This document shows positions 47,823 to 57,506 of a DNA stretch of 64,000 nt, piece by piece (positions within the stretch are counted from its first letter, which is position 1; the number at the start of each line of letters is the position of its first letter). A model generated the notes under the pieces. The model did not search any database and had not been told where the DNA came from. It was given only the letters and a program-made list of their open reading frames with translations. The stretch comes from a virus. The DNA lies in the IMG/VR virus record IMGVR_UViG_3300017963_000033, positions 15,320 to 79,319 of that record. The stretch is one strand, 5' to 3'. The translations under genes and the position numbers were made by a program.

Positions 47823-50146
47823 ACCCTCACAATCTCAAGACGCCTGCTACACCGGCAACGTCCGTGGGCCGGTGGCCCATCAGGAAATTCCTGGGACCAC
47901 ACCACTTTTGGTTGCTCATGGAGCGGCCTGCAAATCAACTCGCAGACCATTTCATCATCAGCCGTGACCCAGAACTCTTCCAGCCGCAGCCCCAGCGTCT
48001 CCAGGAAACTGACATTGGTATCGAATGCCTGGGAGAACGCCACCGTGATCAGCGTGATGGCAATCAACGCCGCCCGGTTGGCGTTAAAGGCCGGGGCCAG
48101 CAGTTCCTCAATCTCATCCATGGCCAGCGTCTCGGCGGCCACCCGTGCGCTGACTGTGTCCACCACCTTTTTGGTCGTGCCCTCCAGCCGGGTCGCCTCC
48201 TGCCAGGCAAAGTCGTGCGCCCACTGGCTGGCAACAGCGGCGGTTTCTGCGGGGTCGAAGGGGATGTCGTACTCATTGCCCAGGCGCTCCATCTCGTCCA
48301 TAAAGGCCCGGAAGAGGAACTTGGCCAAGACAGCAGCCAGCGCGGCGGTGAGGGCTCCATAGTCAGGCTCTCGGCCTTCCTCCACTGCCTCCTCGAACTC
48401 GGGGGAAAAGTCATCAAAGACACCCTGCACCGCCTTCTGCATCTCGGTTTCCAGCGTAGCGCGGGTTCCCTGTTTCAGGGCTTTCTCTTCGGCGCTTTCT
48501 TCCTCCTCATCTTCCTCCTGTTCAGCCATGTCCTCTGCGGGTTGGGCGGGTTCCTGTGGGGCTGCGGGTTCTGGTTCCTCTGCCTCTTCGGCTTCCCCGA
48601 GCAACCAATCCAATGCGGCCACTGCCTCCCTAGCCTCATCCCTTCCTGCGTCGTCCATTTCCCGGCTGACACTCGCCCGTTTTGCCTCCTTTGCCCTCTC
48701 GCCCACGACCTCTATCGTGTAATCTGTGGGGTCTATCCCCTGGAGGTATTGATTGTCCCCATAAAATAGCGTGTCTAGGGGGAGCCCGTCCCGCGTTCGC
48801 CCATCCTCCAGCTCCATCTGGACAAATTGGGACTCAGTGATCTCCTGTTTGGCCAGCATGATCTCCCGAGTGACGCGAATGGTGAATGACCCGTCGCCCA
48901 GGTTGCGCTCATACCGTTGGGAGCGCACATTGTTGGTCTCGGCCTGGTTCTGGTCAATCCAGTCGTCCTGGACATCGAATCTCATCCTGAGTGTCGTGGG
49001 CAAGAACTTGCCCTGCTGGTGGTAGGCTCCCCGTTCTGAGCCGCCCAGCGCCACGGCGATGGTGCCAAGTTCGTAGGCGGTGCCCGACATGGAGCCAACC
49101 ATGTGCTGGAGCATACTGTCAGCCTTGGTGGCTCCCACGACCGTCGCCGGCCACATCCACCGGACAGGGAACCCCCCCGTCATGGAGATGGTATACATGC
49201 CGATGTTGACATCATCTTTCCAGTCAAAGCCATCTGGCATTTTTGCCAGGTCCACCAGGTCGATGCCCACGTCGGCGGCGTTGGGATTGGCCACCACAGG
49301 CAGCATGGACACGCGGCTCAGGCCGGCGTTGTCCGACGCCTCGGATGCGTACTCGAATGCCGCCCGCACCATGTCGGCGTCCATCTTTTTTCCGACGAGG
49401 ATGCCGCGCCAGGGGCGCTTGCCCAGTTTTTCCTGTTTGAAAGTCAGGTCGTCCACCAGGGACTGGGCCACCCCGAGGGCACGGGAGTACCAGCACAGGC
49501 CAACACCGTGCATGTCGTCTTTGGTCGAGGGGAGTTGGCTGCCGTACACCACGCGGCTCCTGTGCAGCTTGTACCGCTTGCCACTTGCGGCGGTGTAGAT
49601 GACCGGATAGGTAGGATTGCCGGTCCTGGTACACTTGCTGGAATCCAGGTTGGCGAGGCCCACGGCGGGTCCGAGGATAGGACCATCCTTGCGTCCCGCG
49701 CCCAGGACCTCGGCAAAGGCTCCATTGTCGGCCACCCAGCGGTCTTGCAGCCATTTCATCGAAAACTCTATCCACCCCCGGCTGAACTCGCTGCCCTCGC
49801 TGATGCTGACGTGGTAGGCTTCGGCCAGGTCTCGCTGGGCCTTGGAGCGGGGGTCTCTCGGTTCGATGATGGGTGGGATGGTGGACAGCTTGGCGGCGAC
49901 GTTGTAGACTGCGCCGGCAAAGAGGGGGCACTTCTGCCAATTGGTCGCCAGATAATGGTCTCTCCGGGTGGACCACCATGGCGGTTCCAGCGTCCCGGTG
50001 TAGACCATCATCATAAATGACGACAGGCCACTGCTTCCCTGTTCCGGGGGCGCGGTGGCCCGGTCCTGGATGGATAGGCTTTCCGCTGTCGCCTTGACGT
50101 TTTGTGGCTCAAGGGGGATTTTCCCCCTATCGGAGTCATAGGTCAT
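47819..50146 (-). CDS. portal protein fused to a MuF-like head morphogenesis domain
   Basis: follows TerL; DNGAFAE, GVGLC; C-terminal WVTADDEMVC..C..PPAHGRCRC. Confidence 0.8.
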   Translation of the reverse strand: MTYDSDRGKIPLEPQNVKATAESLSIQDRATAPPEQGSSGLSSFMMMVYTGTLEPPWWSTRRDHYLATNWQKCPLFAGAVYNVAAKLSTIPPIIEPRDPRSKAQRDLAEAYHVSISEGSEFSRGWIEFSMKWLQDRWVADNGAFAEVLGAGRKDGPILGPAVGLANLDSSKCTRTGNPTYPVIYTAASGKRYKLHRSRVVYGSQLPSTKDDMHGVGLCWYSRALGVAQSLVDDLTFKQEKLGKRPWRGILVGKKMDADMVRAAFEYASEASDNAGLSRVSMLPVVANPNAADVGIDLVDLAKMPDGFDWKDDVNIGMYTISMTGGFPVRWMWPATVVGATKADSMLQHMVGSMSGTAYELGTIAVALGGSERGAYHQQGKFLPTTLRMRFDVQDDWIDQNQAETNNVRSQRYERNLGDGSFTIRVTREIMLAKQEITESQFVQMELEDGRTRDGLPLDTLFYGDNQYLQGIDPTDYTIEVVGERAKEAKRASVSREMDDAGRDEAREAVAALDWLLGEAEEAEEPEPAAPQEPAQPAEDMAEQEEDEEEESAEEKALKQGTRATLETEMQKAVQGVFDDFSPEFEEAVEEGREPDYGALTAALAAVLAKFLFRAFMDEMERLGNEYDIPFDPAETAAVASQWAHDFAWQEATRLEGTTKKVVDTVSARVAAETLAMDEIEELLAPAFNANRAALIAITLITVAFSQAFDTNVSFLETLGLRLEEFWVTADDEMVCELICRPLHEQPKVVWSQEFPDGPPAHGRCRCSRRLEIVRV

Positions 50147-50217
50147 ATCTATACCCTATTCTGGCAAACAGCGGTCTGGGGCGCTGTCTATCCCCTGGCT
50201 ATCCCAGGGGTATTTCC

Positions 50218-50246
50218 ATTATACCCGATTTTTCTGTTTTTGTAAA
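50218..50246 (-). promoter_or_regulatory. sigma70-type promoter upstream of portal
   Basis: TTTACA-17-TATAAT followed by two short hairpins. Confidence 0.7.
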
Positions 50247-50264
50247 GGGGCAGCGGGGGCAATC

Positions 50265-51527
50265 CTACATGGGGATCTCGATGAGGCTCAATTCTGTCGC
50301 CGTGTAAGCCAGCAGCAGGTCGGTGAAGGCCCAGACCATGGCGTCCAGCCGGTTGGGGGAGGCGTGTCCCTTGCCCGGTTGGGGAAACCACTTACACAAT
50401 TCATCCTCCAGCACCGGGAACTCCCCAACGTGGTGGGCCATGTTGCGTTCGTAGAAGGCCACCACCGGCTCGGCCCTGGCGACCTTGCCCCGGCTGGCTG
50501 TCACCAACTTGACAGGCACACGTGGGTCCACCGCCCGGATGGTGGATTCTACCATGTCGCCGCCAAAGTTGCGCTCCACCACTATGCGGTCGGCCTGCCA
50601 CTTGTGGTAGGTGGCCACTGCCTGGGCGGCCCAGGTGTGCGGGCTTCCCGAGATAGAGGCGTCCTCCAGCAGGTAGCCGTGGTCATCGTCCCCCTTCTGG
50701 GCCACGCCGGCAGCCGTGATGCCACACTCGCCGCCGCTGCTGCCGGGAGGGTCCACGCCAACAACGATGCGGGACAGGATGGGGAAGTGGGTGACGCGGG
50801 TCTTGTCCAGCAGTTCCCGATTCCACATGGCCCTGGGGTCATCGTCCAGGTCCTCGGCCAGGATCTCCAGGCGATAGGCCATGTTGCTCATGTCATCGGT
50901 GATTTCCTCCAGGGCAATCTGCGACAGGTGGGGGTTGTCGTGGGAGGAGAACTTGAACACCTGCCAGCGGGGTTGCAGGCCGTCCTCCATGTCCTCCAAC
51001 ATCCGCTGTTCTGCTTTTTTGAAGAGCTGCGTGGCGTGGGGTTTGCCCTGGGCGGCGGTGTAGATAAAGATGGCGCTGCCGTCGTTGTCCAACAGCATGG
51101 GTGCGCCGACGAGGCCCCAGGCATCGGGGGACATCTCCTGGTACTCATCGAGGATCAGGAAATCGGCAAAGTCGCCACGCAGGGTGTTGGCGTTCCAGGC
51201 GGTCTTGGCCTTGATGCGGGCCTCGGTGACGCCGTGCATGGGGATGATGTAGTGTTCTTTTTCCGACTTTTTGTAGTACCCTGCTTCGATGGGTTCCCGG
51301 AAAGCGGTGGTGATCTCCCACCAGAACTTGCCGATCTGTTCTGCGGTGGGGGTAGCGTAGAGAACTCTGTGTCCTCCGAGGAATGCTTGGGCGGCGAGGA
51401 TGGACGAGCCTGTGGTTTTGCCAAAGCGCCTGCCGGCGCGGATGACTATGCGCTTGGCCCTACTTTCCAGGAATTGCTGCTGCCTTGGGTGCGGTCTTTT
51501 CAGCCGCACGGCTACGGTCATCGCCAA
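50265..51527 (-). CDS. terL: terminase large subunit
   Basis: AGRRFGKT, ILDE, VGVDPP, VERNFGG, GKVARAEP, SPNRLDA. Confidence 0.95.
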   Translation of the reverse strand: MAMTVAVRLKRPHPRQQQFLESRAKRIVIRAGRRFGKTTGSSILAAQAFLGGHRVLYATPTAEQIGKFWWEITTAFREPIEAGYYKKSEKEHYIIPMHGVTEARIKAKTAWNANTLRGDFADFLILDEYQEMSPDAWGLVGAPMLLDNDGSAIFIYTAAQGKPHATQLFKKAEQRMLEDMEDGLQPRWQVFKFSSHDNPHLSQIALEEITDDMSNMAYRLEILAEDLDDDPRAMWNRELLDKTRVTHFPILSRIVVGVDPPGSSGGECGITAAGVAQKGDDDHGYLLEDASISGSPHTWAAQAVATYHKWQADRIVVERNFGGDMVESTIRAVDPRVPVKLVTASRGKVARAEPVVAFYERNMAHHVGEFPVLEDELCKWFPQPGKGHASPNRLDAMVWAFTDLLLAYTATELSLIEIPM

Positions 51528-51846
51528 CCTCCGCCTCGATTATATCATACTCGTCTCCTTCTGGCAAGAGGCGTTTGGGCGGTTCTTCTTCCCACTTGAC
51601 GACGATGTGATGATCCTGCCTCCCCTGGATGAGGATTTGCTGGATCTGGATAGGTGGCCCAATCAGATAGGCGGTGACAAAGTTCCTGGCCCGCCAGTCG
51701 CCCATCCTTGCGTCCCTGACTGCCTGGCGCACGATTTCCCTGAAATCCTCCAGGGAACAGGCATCCAGCATGACATTGTAATAATCCTCCCTCGTCGGCA
51801 GGGCAGGCGGTTTTTCATCGAGGATGAGGTCGCTGTCGTCTGTCAT
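51460..51846 (-). CDS. putative terminase small subunit
   Basis: overlaps terL; helical ARMGDWRARNFV..LIG. Confidence 0.5.
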   Translation of the reverse strand: MTDDSDLILDEKPPALPTREDYYNVMLDACSLEDFREIVRQAVRDARMGDWRARNFVTAYLIGPPIQIQQILIQGRQDHHIVVKWEEEPPKRLLPEGDEYDIIEAEVGDDRSRAAEKTAPKAAAIPGK

Positions 51847-52322
51847 TACAAATTCCTCTCGGTCCAGCGGGGATTTCTGGGCCTTGGCATTGTCAGGGGA
51901 CCGTGACACCACTTTGTCCCCCATGCGTCCAGGGGAGGCACATCCCACCAGCGCCCCTGCTGTTTTCGCCAGACGGCAATCTGTCCCGTGCCGGTGGGCA
52001 CCGGCCCGAGGCGCTGGCGTAGATAGACAGGGAAATCCCCTACGAAGGGCAGGCCGGTGTCAAAGATTTCATAGTGCAGCAGGCACCCACTGTCCAGCAC
52101 CGGACCCTCCCAGGTGGTGCCGTCTCTGAACCTGACATGGGCTACATCCCCACAGGAGATGTAGCCCTTCATGAACCATTCAATGGGCATGGCGACCCAT
52201 TCCTCTTGTTCGGGCACGTACTGACCGCCGCAGGCCAGTCCCTGTCCGACAAAGTCACCGCCATAGAAGGTCAGCCCTCCGGTCAGCCAGAGGGTGGCGG
52301 TGGCGGTTACGACGGTGGTCAT
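51846..52322 (-). CDS. RlpA-like double-psi beta-barrel protein
   Basis: TFYG.DF.G..LACG..Y..VA.P..CGD..V.D.G. Confidence 0.6.
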   Translation of the reverse strand: MTTVVTATATLWLTGGLTFYGGDFVGQGLACGGQYVPEQEEWVAMPIEWFMKGYISCGDVAHVRFRDGTTWEGPVLDSGCLLHYEIFDTGLPFVGDFPVYLRQRLGPVPTGTGQIAVWRKQQGRWWDVPPLDAWGTKWCHGPLTMPRPRNPRWTERNL

Positions 52323-53131
52323 AGTGCATCAGCCTCCACAATGCGGCGGCCAATCCACTCGGCAACTTGGGGAACTACGGCGTTCCCGAGGGATCTAAGT
52401 CGGTCCAGCCGGTTGGGAATCCCATAAGCCACTCGACCCACTGAGGGTTCAGGTGGCCAGCGCCCTGGGTAGCTTGCCATGCCAGAGTATCGCTGCCGCT
52501 GTTCACTGATCGGCGAGGCGCATTGACCATCGACGTTGCAGGTGTGGGCCACAAAGCCAGTTCCCCCTTGCGGGCCATTCCGTGGAGGCTCGGCGTTTCG
52601 TTGATCCGGTCGCCACTGCGACTGCTCCCTCCCCCCTTGCTCGGGTCGGTTGGTGTGGGCAATAATGAATATCCGGTGCCGGATGTGTCGGGCATCGAAT
52701 GCGACAGCCGGAAGATCAAGCGTCCCTGCCGAGTAGTCCAGACCTTCCAAGTCAGATAACACAGCGTCGAGGATAGTGTGTCTGATTCCAGGCACATTCT
52801 CAGCAACGACCCAACGGGGCCGGAGTTCCGCAATAAGGCGGCGATATTCCGGCCAGAGGTCGCGGTCATCATCCGCGCCTTTTTGCTTCCCGGCTTCACT
52901 GTGAGGCTGGCAAGGGAATCCCCCGCAAACAAGGTCAACTGGCTCAAGGTTGTGTTTTCCGCACTCTCTGACATCTTCATACCTCGCAACGTGCGGCCAA
53001 TGTTTCGCCAGCACCTTTTGACAAAACGGGTCAATCTCGACCTGCCAGCGGCATTGCATCCCGGCGCGTTCCAGGCCAAGGTCAAAGCCGCCCACGCCCG
53101 CGAATAGGGAGCCGAACGTCAAGGTGGTCAT
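52319..53131 (-). CDS. DNA C5-cytosine methyltransferase, main chain (motifs I-VIII, X)
   Basis: SLFAGVGG, GGFPCQ, ENVPG, RHRIF, LGNAVVP. Confidence 0.92.
   Translation of the reverse strand: MTTLTFGSLFAGVGGFDLGLERAGMQCRWQVEIDPFCQKVLAKHWPHVARYEDVRECGKHNLEPVDLVCGGFPCQPHSEAGKQKGADDDRDLWPEYRRLIAELRPRWVVAENVPGIRHTILDAVLSDLEGLDYSAGTLDLPAVAFDARHIRHRIFIIAHTNRPEQGGREQSQWRPDQRNAEPPRNGPQGGTGFVAHTCNVDGQCASPISEQRQRYSGMASYPGRWPPEPSVGRVAYGIPNRLDRLRSLGNAVVPQVAEWIGRRIVEADAL
52375..53085 (-). CDS. overlapping-frame methyltransferase beta chain (motif IX)
   Basis: LLPTPT, LWPTP, LNPQWVEWLMGFPTGWT nested in an alternative frame; true start uncertain. Confidence 0.7.
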   Translation of the reverse strand: MTLAWNAPGCNAAGRSRLTRFVKRCWRNIGRTLRGMKMSESAENTTLSQLTLFAGDSLASLTVKPGSKKARMMTATSGRNIAALLRNSGPVGSLLRMCLESDTLSSTLCYLTWKVWTTRQGRLIFRLSHSMPDTSGTGYSLLPTPTDPSKGGGSSRSGDRINETPSLHGMARKGELALWPTPATSMVNAPRRSVNSGSDTLAWQATQGAGHLNPQWVEWLMGFPTGWTDLDPSGTP

Positions 53132-53451
53132 AATTCCTTTTCCCTCAACATTCCCTGTCCCCGCATTGCGTCCAGTTCATCCCGATACCGCTGGACCTGG
53201 GGCGCTTCTCCTTTGCCTATCTTGACCAGATAGGTTCCTGTCACCCCCCTTGCGGAAGCTATGGAGGAGATAGTCACCTTGCCTTCCAGCCATAGCACCA
53301 TGAGGGTGCGCAACACATCAGACAGGCTCATGCCGCAAGCCAGGGCATTGAATTTTGCCGCCTCTTTCAGGCTCGGTGTGGCCAGAAAGGAAAAGTTGAT
53401 CTGGGCAGTCTGGTCCTTCATGTCGTGTGGGTCAAACTTTTTCCTTGGCAT
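53128..53451 (-). CDS. RHH-like regulator
   Basis: INFSF..LKEAA..MSLSDVLR; own promoter TTGACG-17-TATCTT at 53465-53493. Confidence 0.6.
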   Translation of the reverse strand: MPRKKFDPHDMKDQTAQINFSFLATPSLKEAAKFNALACGMSLSDVLRTLMVLWLEGKVTISSIASARGVTGTYLVKIGKGEAPQVQRYRDELDAMRGQGMLREKEL

Positions 53452-53489
53452 CTATCCCCCTTATAAGATAGCACAAAAGCAGGCCCTCG

Positions 53490-54476
53490 TCAAGCCCCCC
53501 ACATGCTGGCCTGGATGGGCATTATTTGATGTTGGACCTCGGGCAGTTCCCGCAAACGCAGGGCCTCGGGAAAGTATCGCAGTTCGTGGGTGATCCAGGA
53601 TTCCCTTGGGCCTGGAATCTGTTTGACAAAGACCTTGATGCCCAGGGCCTGGGCCTGAGTTGCCAGGCGGATGGCTCCCTCCAGCCAGCTCTGTTTGGTC
53701 TTGAACGCCCCAAATCTCCCCATTTTGCCATTATGCCTGCTTTCACAGCCGATGACAATCCAATCTATGCCCTGCCATAGATTGTCACACTCGCAGGGAA
53801 ATACTTCCGGTTTAGGGGCTCCTGCTTTGTGAAACGTGAACGAACCCGCCCCCTTGCAGACAGGGCAGTCTGGGTTGCCCAGGTTGATGGGTCCCAGGAG
53901 GGGTTCGGCGCTGATCATCTTCACACCGAACTTGGTGTCTTGCAGATAGGGGATGCGCAGGTCGGCAGTCCTCTGGGTCCCTGCCGTGACGCCGCCGATG
54001 ATGTGCGAGGCCAGGAGGGGTTCGTGGTCCCTGGCCCAGGCGCACATCCGTTTCGCCCGCTTGGTCAAAACCACGTAGGTCTGTCCCGGTGTGTTTTTCA
54101 TGGCGGAAAAGACCTGCGAGAGGTATGTATCGGGGACGGGCTTGAAGGGGACCTGGCGCTCCAGGCACCAGACCTCGTCCTCCTGGTCCCCAAAGAACAG
54201 GTCATCCCACACTGCCCAGGTGAATGACTTGCGGCAGATGGTTGGCTTTTCGAGGACGGCAGGGTCCAGGTGGATGGTGCCGTTGAAATGACCATCTGTG
54301 GTAATCCCCTTGTGCCGCCTGGCTACGGCCTGGTTGGGGTTGGCCTGGCGCTGGTGGGCCAGCATGGCTGCCCAGCAGTTGACGCACTCCTCCGAGCGGG
54401 GGCGGCAACCATGAACGGCGTACAAGGCCCGGTCCCACCACATGCCGTTGTCAAGCCTGTCCTGTTTGACTTGCAT
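53490..54476 (-). CDS. DUF5131 (Gp37/Gp68) protein
   Basis: GC..SEEC.NCWA, DLF, LTKR, SAEPLLG, WIVIGCES, FVKQ. Confidence 0.85.
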   Translation of the reverse strand: MQVKQDRLDNGMWWDRALYAVHGCRPRSEECVNCWAAMLAHQRQANPNQAVARRHKGITTDGHFNGTIHLDPAVLEKPTICRKSFTWAVWDDLFFGDQEDEVWCLERQVPFKPVPDTYLSQVFSAMKNTPGQTYVVLTKRAKRMCAWARDHEPLLASHIIGGVTAGTQRTADLRIPYLQDTKFGVKMISAEPLLGPINLGNPDCPVCKGAGSFTFHKAGAPKPEVFPCECDNLWQGIDWIVIGCESRHNGKMGRFGAFKTKQSWLEGAIRLATQAQALGIKVFVKQIPGPRESWITHELRYFPEALRLRELPEVQHQIMPIQASMWGA

Positions 54477-54996
54477 TCTGCCTCCCTCTCAGCTTCACAT
54501 TCAACAAGACCGACCAAAGCAGCCCGCCCAGCACCTTGGCTCCAAATTGCAGGGCCATGATACCTACTAATGGAGGCCAGCCGAATGCCAGCAGTGGAAA
54601 TACAATTGAATCTACCAGGCTAGATGGGACATTGGACCCATTGATCCTGAGCCACTTTGGCTGTTTGAGCAGTCGATGATAGACCAGCGTATCCACTGTT
54701 TCTGACACGGCAAATGCCGCAAATGAGGCCAATGCCACGCGCCCAGCGTTAAACGGCAGAGAGAGCAAGGACCCTGCCACAATCAACAAGAACATATTCC
54801 GTTTGAGATGTTTGTCCAACCAATCATCGTGCAGGCGATCACGGGCAAAGATAACAAACCCGATGCCAATAAGTGCCGTGAATGGCGAGATGGCCGGACC
54901 ATAATGAGATACTGCCCAGTTTGCTGTGACAATGGCCACAAGATAGGCGGTTATGTAAGCAATCGTCCCTGTTCTTTTCCCAACGTGCGTACCCAT
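54451..54996 (-). CDS. VUT/YhhQ-family transporter (copy 2)
   Basis: YLVAIVTAN, ARDRLHD, ALASFAAF, SNVPSSLVDSIVF, QFGAK. Confidence 0.82.
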   Translation of the reverse strand: MGTHVGKRTGTIAYITAYLVAIVTANWAVSHYGPAISPFTALIGIGFVIFARDRLHDDWLDKHLKRNMFLLIVAGSLLSLPFNAGRVALASFAAFAVSETVDTLVYHRLLKQPKWLRINGSNVPSSLVDSIVFPLLAFGWPPLVGIMALQFGAKVLGGLLWSVLLNVKLRGRQNASQTGQA

Positions 54997-55601
54997 CGTA
55001 CCTCCCTCCCAATTTTTGCATATTGCTGGCGCGGATGTCGTGCCAGCGTAGTCCCATCCCAACTATGCGCCATCCAGAAAAGCTCACGAATGGCAGTGCC
55101 TGAATTGACACGGCCCACATGAATCCACTTGTCTCGCTTTAGACCCTCTGCAATAAGTTTCCCCCCTTCCTTTTTGCGCTTGTGCCAATCATCCCCCCCA
55201 ACAAACAGGGTATCAATCTCTTCCCATGGCACCATCTCGGGTGTCATTCCGTTCTGAGTTGCGAATCCAACCGGATAGCCCGCATCCCTCACAATCTTGT
55301 GGTATTTCTTGAATAGCGCCAATGTACCAGCCGCATCCATGGGCTCATCAGGAACAAGGGCAAATAGACATTTTGCAACCCTATCCTCTGGAGAGTAATA
55401 GTCCAACATCTCTAGCCACGCCTTCTCCGTAAAGGCCCCCGTGAACCGTCCATTGTCTATACCGAACACGGCCCATTCGCTTACATTGTGCATACTCCCA
55501 ATGGTCTCAAAGAGGCCAAAACACTCATCAAATTGCCACCCTTTGATAGATGTAGTCGGAGCCAGATATGTTGGCGCAATGGTGTTAAGCAGTGGGTGCA
55601 T
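54951..55601 (-). CDS. TGT/DpdA-like TIM-barrel protein (copy 2)
   Basis: IDNGRF, LVPD, TQNG, FVGG, IHVGRVN, SWDGT. Confidence 0.6.
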   Translation of the reverse strand: MHPLLNTIAPTYLAPTTSIKGWQFDECFGLFETIGSMHNVSEWAVFGIDNGRFTGAFTEKAWLEMLDYYSPEDRVAKCLFALVPDEPMDAAGTLALFKKYHKIVRDAGYPVGFATQNGMTPEMVPWEEIDTLFVGGDDWHKRKKEGGKLIAEGLKRDKWIHVGRVNSGTAIRELFWMAHSWDGTTLARHPRQQYAKIGREVRWVRTLGKEQGRLLT

Positions 55602-55852
55602 CCCCCTCCTCAATCTCTTCCCATTGCGCCATGACCTTCATGTTTCCTACTGCAAGGGCCAGCCTCAGCAGGAAACTGCTCATCCTCCTCACCAGGCGAT
55701 ATTTCCGGTCTGCCACGATTGATACAACCAACTTGTGGTACATGGGAGGTCTAACCAATGTCCCGCATTCACCGTAGCGTACACGAAGGCTAATAGGGCA
55801 TCCCGTCTTAGATGCTAGGACCTCGATTGCCTCCTGAATCTCCTCATAATCG

Positions 55853-56405
55853 TCAGTCACTCTGTCTCCTTTCATAGATGCAGGGCCTGTCATCACACAG
55901 GCAACCGTCCAGCTCATCGCCACCCCCGAGTCCCCTGGGGCAATCTTTCGGGCACATCTCCCCAAACTCCAGCAGGTGCTCGATGCCCCACTCGTCAAAT
56001 ATCTGTTTGATGTCCAGATACCGTTGCTGGCTGACGGTTCCCGGCGTTGGCAACGGGCCTATTTCATCTCCAATGTCTACAACCTTCACCCGCCCAGGGA
56101 GCACCAACGCCTGGACTCTGGCCTTGCCCATGTAGCGCAGCAGGGTTTCCCTGGCTACGCCGATTTGTTCCGCTGCCCACGTGATGCTGGGGCTGCTCTC
56201 TACCAGGGCTGTGAGGGCGTCCCTGTCGGTTAGGACAGCCGGCATCTCGCGCCCCTGTATGGCCTGGCGGAAGGCGTTCAGGTCCTGGGGGGGTGATGTC
56301 CCAGGTCCCGTTCTTTTTGCTGGCCGGCAATTTCCCGTCGTGGATGTAGCCCCGGATGGTGATGGGGCTGCGTTTCAGGGAATCAGCGGCCTCGTTGACG
56401 TTCAA
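55853..56405 (-). CDS. double-HTH (excisionase-like) gene interrupted by a frameshift in a C7 run
   Basis: HTH_17 NVNEAA..TIRGYI..GKLPA..W.I continues as PQDLNAF into ORF 55853-56245 if one C is removed at 56287-56293. Confidence 0.6.
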
Positions 56406-56685
56406 GGGTGGCTCCTATGGTGTCTCATTATCGAGAAGCAACTAGCTGCTCAACCGGGCTTTCATATATCTTTTGGTGTTTTGTTCCTTTCTCATACCAA
56501 AAGATTCTGGGGCCAAAGCACTCGAAACAAATGAACCGAAAGCCTCGACTCTCTCTGGCGATGAAGCCGATTTCTTCTACCCTCCGCCCCCTGCGCCTAT
56601 GTCCGCAATTCTCGCATACATCCTCACTGGCACATTCTCTCTCATCCTTCACTATATGTATACCAGGCATGGTTGCCCCCATTCC

Positions 56686-57048
56686 TTACTGAGTCTCGTC
56701 CTTATCAGAAGGACGAACATTGGCCAACTCCAATAATACGTCAGCATGGCAAGGAACTCGGACGCCCTGCTCGTCAACGAGCGGGCACCAGCAGGCCAGA
56801 TCCTTGCCGCGTAGCTCGTCAATATCACAAAGATTCCCCGCGCCACTTTCTAGCCATTCGCGGTAGAAGTTCACCGCCTCGGCATTGTCTCGCGGATCAT
56901 CCCACCAGTAGCCGTACACATCGCAAAACGTCACTCTGGGCCTAAACGGATTTCCCCACTTGGTCGGCCTGCCCACATAGATCGCACCCTCGGGCATCCG
57001 CCAGCCCTTGGTTCGCTTGCGCTGGATTCGCCTAGGCATCCGGTTCAT
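56686..57048 (-). CDS. DUF4326 protein
   Basis: YVGRPTKWGNPF, LRGKDLACWC, CHADVL. Confidence 0.9.
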   Translation of the reverse strand: MNRMPRRIQRKRTKGWRMPEGAIYVGRPTKWGNPFRPRVTFCDVYGYWWDDPRDNAEAVNFYREWLESGAGNLCDIDELRGKDLACWCPLVDEQGVRVPCHADVLLELANVRPSDKDETQ

Positions 57049-57301
57049 CCCCCTCCCGCACCACTGATGTATCAGTCAGGCGCAAATCTGTTCCACAAAT
57101 TGGGCAGAAGTTGATGAACAGAGAACTGCTTCCAGCCTTAGACATATTTCCAGCCTTGGTCAGCTTGTAGAGTTTGACCGCCAATTTATCGGCCCTTAAC
57201 TCCATTTTATTCCCCTCACCGTATTCCACATACACAGGCCGATAGAACGCACCATCGAATTTGTCCATGATTTCCTGCATCGCTGGGCAGCATTCAGCCA
57301 T
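57032..57301 (-). CDS. hypothetical protein
   Basis: CC..INFCPICG. Confidence 0.6.
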   Translation of the reverse strand: MAECCPAMQEIMDKFDGAFYRPVYVEYGEGNKMELRADKLAVKLYKLTKAGNMSKAGSSSLFINFCPICGTDLRLTDTSVVREGDEPDA

Positions 57302-57506
57302 TTATTGTTCTCCTCCCTCCCCTTCTGGTTCATCCCCCTCCCTTATCACAAGCCCCACCGATGAGGCCAGATGCCTGACCTCCTCGGGCAGCAGTTCCCC
57401 ACTGCCCGCTGCCTGGAGGGCAGCCAGGAAGTCTGCATAGGCTATGGGCGAAACACGCCGCTCAGGCAGTCGCATCCTCCCCCTTAATGACATTCTCCTA
57501 TACAGG

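Noticed and set aside
28276-51599. Long plus-strand ORFs (e.g. 28276-29316, 39597-40634, 47412-48362, 50364-51599)
   Set aside because: Antisense shadows of GC3-biased structural genes, with no motifs or SDs
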